Source: Zancudomyces culisetae HAW-14-8 (taxonomy: Eukaryota > Fungi > Kickxellomycota). From it: a DNA stretch of 64,000 bases. The notes beneath the pieces are model-generated. The model worked only from the letters and a program-made list of their open reading frames with translations. It searched no databases and was not told the origin of the DNA. The stretch lies in assembly GCA_052426225.1 (NCBI GenBank), contig JBNJNM010000021.1, positions 868,001 through 932,000 on the forward strand, in the 5' to 3' direction. This document shows, in pieces, positions 58,665 to 64,000 of the stretch. The stretch's first letter is position 1, and every line of letters begins with the position of its first letter. The position numbers and the translations under genes are program-made.

Positions 58665-59441
58665 ATGGCAAAGGCAAAGAAAGTAGGATTAAAAAAACAA
58701 TTAGAGAATCGACTGAAAAACAAGGTCCAAAACAAGGTAATTGTCAAAAAACAAACGCACAAACAAAAGCATGTGTACAAGCCCCAGCAATTATACGAAG
58801 AGTACGATAATATATTATTAATTGGAGAGGGTAACTTCAGTTTTGCAAATTCTTTGTCTCAGAAGGTAAGAACGGGTGAGAAGATATTGGCAACAAGTCT
58901 GGATACGGAAAGTGAAGTTTTGGAAAAATACCCTGAGGCGAAAGATAATATTGAGGAGTTCAAATTAATGGGGGGAAAGGTGCTTTTTGGCGTAGACTGT
59001 ACAAAACTGAAGTCGTACAAGGCAATAAAAAGCAAACAATACGACAAAGTTGTGTTTAATTTTCCGCACGTTGGCTTGGGGATCAAGGATCAGGATAGAA
59101 ATGTCGAAAAGAATCAAGAATTGCTCTTCAAATTTTTCAGTAGTTGTTTGGAAGCAAAAATATTGAGAAATGATGATGTAAAGAAGGGTGAGGTTCATGT
59201 GACACTAAAAAGCGGCAGCCCATACAACCTCTGGGACGTCAAAAGGCTAGCCAAACAAGCTAAAGGATTAGTAACCAAGACAACTGTAAAGTTTGTGCCT
59301 AGCGAGTATCCAGGATACAACCATGTACGAACCACAGTGAGTAAAAACACCAAAGCTGATGGTGAGAAAGGATTTGGAGAGGAGACCCTAGTAGAAAAAC
59401 AGTCAAAAACGTATATATTTTTGATCAAAGATGATGTGTGA
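58665..59441 (+). CDS. BMT5: 25S rRNA (uridine-N3)-methyltransferase Bmt5-like (DUF2431)
   Basis: ILLIGEGNFSFA, ATSLD, VLFGVDCTKL, YDKVVFNFPHVG, VTLKSGSPYNLWDV, YPGYNHVRT. Confidence 0.9.
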   Translation: MAKAKKVGLKKQLENRLKNKVQNKVIVKKQTHKQKHVYKPQQLYEEYDNILLIGEGNFSFANSLSQKVRTGEKILATSLDTESEVLEKYPEAKDNIEEFKLMGGKVLFGVDCTKLKSYKAIKSKQYDKVVFNFPHVGLGIKDQDRNVEKNQELLFKFFSSCLEAKILRNDDVKKGEVHVTLKSGSPYNLWDVKRLAKQAKGLVTKTTVKFVPSEYPGYNHVRTTVSKNTKADGEKGFGEETLVEKQSKTYIFLIKDDV

Positions 59442-59514
59442 TAGATAGATAAATGTTGCAGTAAAATATAATTTATGATATTCTAGTGTATATAGACTGA
59501 AAATAAAATATAAA

Positions 59515-62331
59515 TCAAATGGGAACAGACAGTGGAAAACGGGCTTCTACAAATCGCAAGAATTCGCCTTGAATTTTAATATTTTCGCCATTGCTTTCGG
59601 TGGTGAGGCTGGGATCATTTAGCGCAGATATAATCCCAGAGACAATGTGTTGTGGGAGAGTCGCTCGGTTGGGTACGGCAGCTGCAAAATCAAGATCCTG
59701 ATATTCATTATCCGAAAAGTCATCAAAGAGTGTAAATGGATTATTATAGTAAACTTTGTCGTCAAGGCTATCAACAGCAGTGTCACCTTCGCTTTGCTTA
59801 TCTCTGTTTCTGTCTGGAGTCAAGGATGAGGACGAAACAGTTTTGTACCACAAGTTAATTGCTGGCATAATCTCGGACAAAAGTCTATACTTGATGAGCA
59901 GGGCGACATATAGGTAAATTACCTTTGCGTCAACACAAAAGACTGGGGTGGAGTTCTTACTGATGGTGGAAATGGAGAAAGCAAGCGAGTTCTGGCTTAT
60001 AAGGAATGGGAGGTCGTGCGATTTCAATAGTGACTCAAAATTTTGTTTTGCAGCTAAAATATGGCCTTGCTGGTCACATGTTCGCAGCATGATTGCGACC
60101 GCAACGGGATCGATATTGTAGTAGCTGAGCTTGATGCGATCTATCCAAACTTGGCTTACATAGTCATAGCGCTTGTGGAATAGAAACATGTTCATGAGAT
60201 TGTTTAGAGTGGATTGACTTTTTAATAGTAGGATCTTTGTCAAGATGTTTTTGGGAATGGAGACATACATCGAATGGGCGTATCCGGTGATGTTCAAGGT
60301 CGTATAAATGTCGAGAAGGTGCACAAATGTGGTGTGGTCCGGGGAGGTAGCGGTGGAAATCGACGAAGAGGCCTCGCTTAACGGCAAAAGTTTACGTTTA
60401 TACCAATAGTCTACAAAGCTCGCTATTTGTATATTCACAGGGGAAGAAGCGGTAATTGAGTTGGTGAACTGTTTATATTTGGAAAAAGTGTTAAGAAAGA
60501 CCTTGTTGACAAATTCGCGATTGCTTTCAGAACGATTTGCATAAAGTAGAGCATTGTTGATGGACTGGAATAACAGGTTGAAGCTAGTAATGTCGTATTC
60601 ATTATCCAAATTTTCAAGCATTTCAGTTATAGTGAATAGCACTTTTGTGAATGCTATACCCTCGTTGTAAAATTTAATATAAAGCTTAGATAAGGCGTTG
60701 TAGCAATGAACAGAATATTTAATATTGAGTGGCCTGAAAACGGATTGCCAGTATAGCATTTGTGATTTGTCTGTACAACAATTGCTCATAATCGAGTAAA
60801 AGATGTAGCTGTCTGGAACAACGTCATTTGCAAGCATTTCCTTAAACACGGTTTTGACATGTTCAAATTTTTTGTTTTTACATAATGCCTCAATTATAAT
60901 ACCATACAGCGAGATGGACATTTTGCCAACATTTTCTTCAGTCAGCTTGTATATCAGCTGGGCTTCTTTGTAGTTATTGGCTTTGATGCTTTTATATAAA
61001 AGTCTCGAAAATATTTGTTCGTTGGGCTTTCCTCCAAGTTCCAAAATTTTGGAAAGTAACTGGGATGGCGAAAATCCGGTTGAAGTTGAGGTTGAAGTAT
61101 TTAACGTGACAAAAGAGACTGAAAGACTATGTACTGAAGGCATTTTATTTTCAGCTATACAATCCTTAAGAATCTTGTCGACAAATTCGGGCCGCTGATT
61201 GAACAATGCACAGGCAAGCAAAATAGAGTATGATGCATCATCCAGCGGTATCCCGTCTTTGTTCTTAATATTATCTGCCTCTTCCATTGCTTCGTCTATT
61301 CCTTTGTTTTTTGCGATTCCCTCCAAGATAATATTTCTAACCACAATATCTGGCTTGATATCTATTTTTGGGTCCTGCATTTCTACAAGGAGGTTATATA
61401 CAGCATCCCAGTCGTTGGCCCTCACTTCGGCTGATATGATTGCAGTATATGTCTGTAGATCTGGTACCAGGCTAGTACTAGAACTGAGTGGATTCATTGT
61501 GCCTTTTAAATCCTGCCACAGCCGCCTGGCCTCGTTTATTGTCTCTTTTCTCCTCGAATAAAGGTTTATCAGTGTGTTATATATGACTATATCAGGTTTA
61601 GGAAAGATATTCTCGCCTGTTGTGTTTGAGTTGCCATGCTTTTCACTAGTACTGTTTTCTTGGTTTTTGAGTTTTTCCAGTATTTTATATACCTTATCAT
61701 GTTTTCCCATCGCGGCATAAATAGACAGCATTTCGGTAAAAACAAAAATCAAATTGTCATCATTTGCATCGATCGGTTCGCCAGCCCGAACCCTTTCCTG
61801 TCTAACATTCATCAAATCTTTAAATACAATAGTCATGTATTGGTAGATTTGGTCAGATCTGAGTCTGCCTGCATGTGATTTGCGTATAGTGTTCAACAAA
61901 ACCACATAGTCGATGGCTTTCAAATGTTCTTTTGCTGATTTAGTCAAACTTGCGTATAGATTGTAGGCAATTTCACCATTCTCTAGTTCATTGGTATGTA
62001 AAGCCTCCAAAAAGGATACAAGCTGTGTTTTCTCTACCGGATCCCTGATGTTGAATTCTCTACTTTTGATTTTTTCCTTAATATTACTTAAATTTTTGGT
62101 AGCCAAAGCGTTGTTTGTTTGTGATATGTTTGTATTTGTAGTATAGACCCTATATGTATTCACCAACTTACTACAACTACGAGAAATATTGGTTTTTGTA
62201 CTATGACAACACCCACAGAAGCTTCGTTGAAGAACAAATTTCGGACTAGCAGCTGGTACTCGCCATTTTCTGTAAATTGAGGAATACTCCCCTTTTGAAA
62301 TCAGATTTTTTATTGCCAAAGTTCTATTCAT
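59515..62331 (-). CDS. Pentatricopeptide-repeat (PPR) protein, probably mitochondrial
   Basis: PPR-type units PDIVIYNTLINLYSR, PDLQTYTAIISA, PDIVVRNIILEG, LYGIIIEALCK, PDSYIFYSIM; basic N-terminus. First ATG is at 62331. Confidence 0.88.
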   Translation of the reverse strand: MNRTLAIKNLISKGEYSSIYRKWRVPAASPKFVLQRSFCGCCHSTKTNISRSCSKLVNTYRVYTTNTNISQTNNALATKNLSNIKEKIKSREFNIRDPVEKTQLVSFLEALHTNELENGEIAYNLYASLTKSAKEHLKAIDYVVLLNTIRKSHAGRLRSDQIYQYMTIVFKDLMNVRQERVRAGEPIDANDDNLIFVFTEMLSIYAAMGKHDKVYKILEKLKNQENSTSEKHGNSNTTGENIFPKPDIVIYNTLINLYSRRKETINEARRLWQDLKGTMNPLSSSTSLVPDLQTYTAIISAEVRANDWDAVYNLLVEMQDPKIDIKPDIVVRNIILEGIAKNKGIDEAMEEADNIKNKDGIPLDDASYSILLACALFNQRPEFVDKILKDCIAENKMPSVHSLSVSFVTLNTSTSTSTGFSPSQLLSKILELGGKPNEQIFSRLLYKSIKANNYKEAQLIYKLTEENVGKMSISLYGIIIEALCKNKKFEHVKTVFKEMLANDVVPDSYIFYSIMSNCCTDKSQMLYWQSVFRPLNIKYSVHCYNALSKLYIKFYNEGIAFTKVLFTITEMLENLDNEYDITSFNLLFQSINNALLYANRSESNREFVNKVFLNTFSKYKQFTNSITASSPVNIQIASFVDYWYKRKLLPLSEASSSISTATSPDHTTFVHLLDIYTTLNITGYAHSMYVSIPKNILTKILLLKSQSTLNNLMNMFLFHKRYDYVSQVWIDRIKLSYYNIDPVAVAIMLRTCDQQGHILAAKQNFESLLKSHDLPFLISQNSLAFSISTISKNSTPVFCVDAKVIYLYVALLIKYRLLSEIMPAINLWYKTVSSSSLTPDRNRDKQSEGDTAVDSLDDKVYYNNPFTLFDDFSDNEYQDLDFAAAVPNRATLPQHIVSGIISALNDPSLTTESNGENIKIQGEFLRFVEARFPLSVPI

Positions 62332-62812
62332 CTCTTGAGGCACTTCAGAGTTATATTGACATTTTTTTATTCGTCTAGTGACTAATTTGATTGTAGTTAA
62401 AAATCTATAATTTATTTATTAAGTTAAATAAACTAGCATTGTATTTATGGGTTTGGGGTTAGTACCTAGAATTTTTTTGATCTATCTATGGAAATTAAAA
62501 TAAAAAAAGTCCATTCACAAAATTTTTTTGATGGTTTTCAAAATATGTGTGGCAATGAGCAAATGCAATAAAAATACACGTGATTTAATAAAATCATTAG
62601 AGCTAAATTGATTTAATCCAGCCAAAAAAAAAATTTTTTTTTATTTTTTTGCAGTTTTGATGGGAGGGGAGACATTGCTAGGGTTATAGTATATATAGTT
62701 TTAGTAAAGGTCGAAATAAACCAAAGAGAATAAATAACACAAGAGAAAAGAGTGTCAAAATCGGGACACATTTATTTTGTACAGAAAAGCAAGGAAGCAA
62801 GGGCCAACAATA

Positions 62813-64000
62813 ATGGAAAAGGAAATGCAAAAGGATCAGGGAACTGAAATAGACCAGCTTAGTAATGCTTTTAAAATAGATTTAGACGGAGAACATGGAG
62901 TACAGGAAGTGTTAGAGAATGGCAAGAGTAACGATTCCAAGGATATAAACCAAGATATTCTTGAGACATCAGTTTGTGTGTCAGAAGGTCAGAACGAAGC
63001 AGAGGGCGAGACGGGACAAGAAAGTGCTGTTGACAAGAGCGAAAAAGTAGACACAGAGTATTTAGTGTTGGATACAAATGTAATTCTGACTATTAACAAC
63101 AACAGTGGGCATTATTCACAGTATATTGATGAATCGCTGTATAAGCTGGTGACGGTACCACAGGTAATTGGCGAGTTGACGAGTAAATACGCCAAACAGC
63201 AAATCACCAACGTTAAGCTCGAGGTAATTGAGCCGGACAACAGCAGCGTCAAGAAGGTTATTACAACGGCCAAAGAAACGGGTGATTTCGGTAGTTTGTC
63301 AATAGCCGATATCAAGGTGATTGCATTGGGAGTGATGTTGGCTGAAAAATATAACGTCGTCGAGGAAATTGATGCTGACAAGGTAGAAAAGCAAGAAAAT
63401 ACCAAAGATGGTATGGATGAAAATGTTGCTAAAAAGAAGAAAAGAAAGCAAAAGAAGAAGAAGAAGCAACAGCAGCAGCAGGTGGTGGTCGAGGGTTCTG
63501 ATGTTAACGAAGACCAGGAGGTTGATAGTGTTAAGCCTGAAGAGAAAATAGAGGAGGGAGTAGAAGAACGAGGTGAACCGGAAGAGGAAGAAGAGGAGGA
63601 GGAGGAGGAAGGTGAGTGGAGTACAGCAACAAGAAAAAAGAAAAACAACTACAAGAAAAGAAATAACTTTAACAACACAGGATTACCTGGATGGACAAAC
63701 TCGGATGATGGAGGATGGATAACCCCAAAAACCACAGGAAATGGCGGTATGAACAACATTGGAATGGAAAATAGTAGTAATGGTATTAGTAACGGAGGAG
63801 CAAAAAATAATAGAAATAAAGATAACGAGAGAGGTATCAAGCAAAAAGGTAGTAGAGTAAAGATAGCAACAATGGACTTTGCAATGCAGAATGTGATTCT
63901 TACGCTGGAAAAAAGGGAAAAAAATGGAAAAAAAGGTGTAGAGTTGGTGGATGTTAGCAAAGGCCAGCAAGTAATCAAGAAAATCAAAACCTTCGTGTTG
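62813..64000 (+). CDS. NOB1: 20S pre-rRNA D-site endonuclease Nob1 (partial, runs off the window)
   Basis: Open frame from ATG 62813: LVLDTNVI (PIN), TVPQVIGEL, AKETGDFGSLSIADIKVIAL, GWITP, TMDFAMQNVIL, IKKIKTFVL. Confidence 0.9.
   Translation, partial: MEKEMQKDQGTEIDQLSNAFKIDLDGEHGVQEVLENGKSNDSKDINQDILETSVCVSEGQNEAEGETGQESAVDKSEKVDTEYLVLDTNVILTINNNSGHYSQYIDESLYKLVTVPQVIGELTSKYAKQQITNVKLEVIEPDNSSVKKVITTAKETGDFGSLSIADIKVIALGVMLAEKYNVVEEIDADKVEKQENTKDGMDENVAKKKKRKQKKKKKQQQQQVVVEGSDVNEDQEVDSVKPEEKIEEGVEERGEPEEEEEEEEEEGEWSTATRKKKNNYKKRNNFNNTGLPGWTNSDDGGWITPKTTGNGGMNNIGMENSSNGISNGGAKNNRNKDNERGIKQKGSRVKIATMDFAMQNVILTLEKREKNGKKGVELVDVSKGQQVIKKIKTFVL

Overview
AT-rich eukaryotic genomic DNA with short GT-AG spliceosomal introns and the standard genetic code. 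The protein sequences look fungal. My inference, not verifiable here, is an early-diverging fungus such as a Harpellales/Kickxellomycotina insect-gut fungus. About 19 protein-coding loci: Rad5/HLTF-like SNF2 ATPase, Dal5-type MFS permease, TM-RING-H2 ligase, a bacterial-type DIP1984-family gene, an ABCC transporter interrupted by one in-frame TAA, a secreted subtilisin, a large DH-PH RhoGEF, a multi-exon HBS1 locus, ARP9-like, CHL1/DDX11, BiP/KAR2, a 1015-aa secreted repeat protein, catalase, TRP4, POP7/RPP20, a small RRM-like protein, BMT5, a PPR protein and NOB1 (truncated by the window end). There are also decayed ORF relics and microsatellites. Four observations stand out. (1) The HBS1 gene contains a symmetric 1227-nt exon carrying Ski7-type exosome-binding motifs, predicting three isoforms: Hbs1, Ski7+GTPase and GTPase-less Ski7. 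(2) An intronless, apparently horizontally acquired DIP1984-like gene. (3) A modular secreted protein built on about 75 xTIP pentapeptides. (4) A single TAA at a probable Gln position in an otherwise intact ABCC gene. All exon models were read by eye and no database searches were run.
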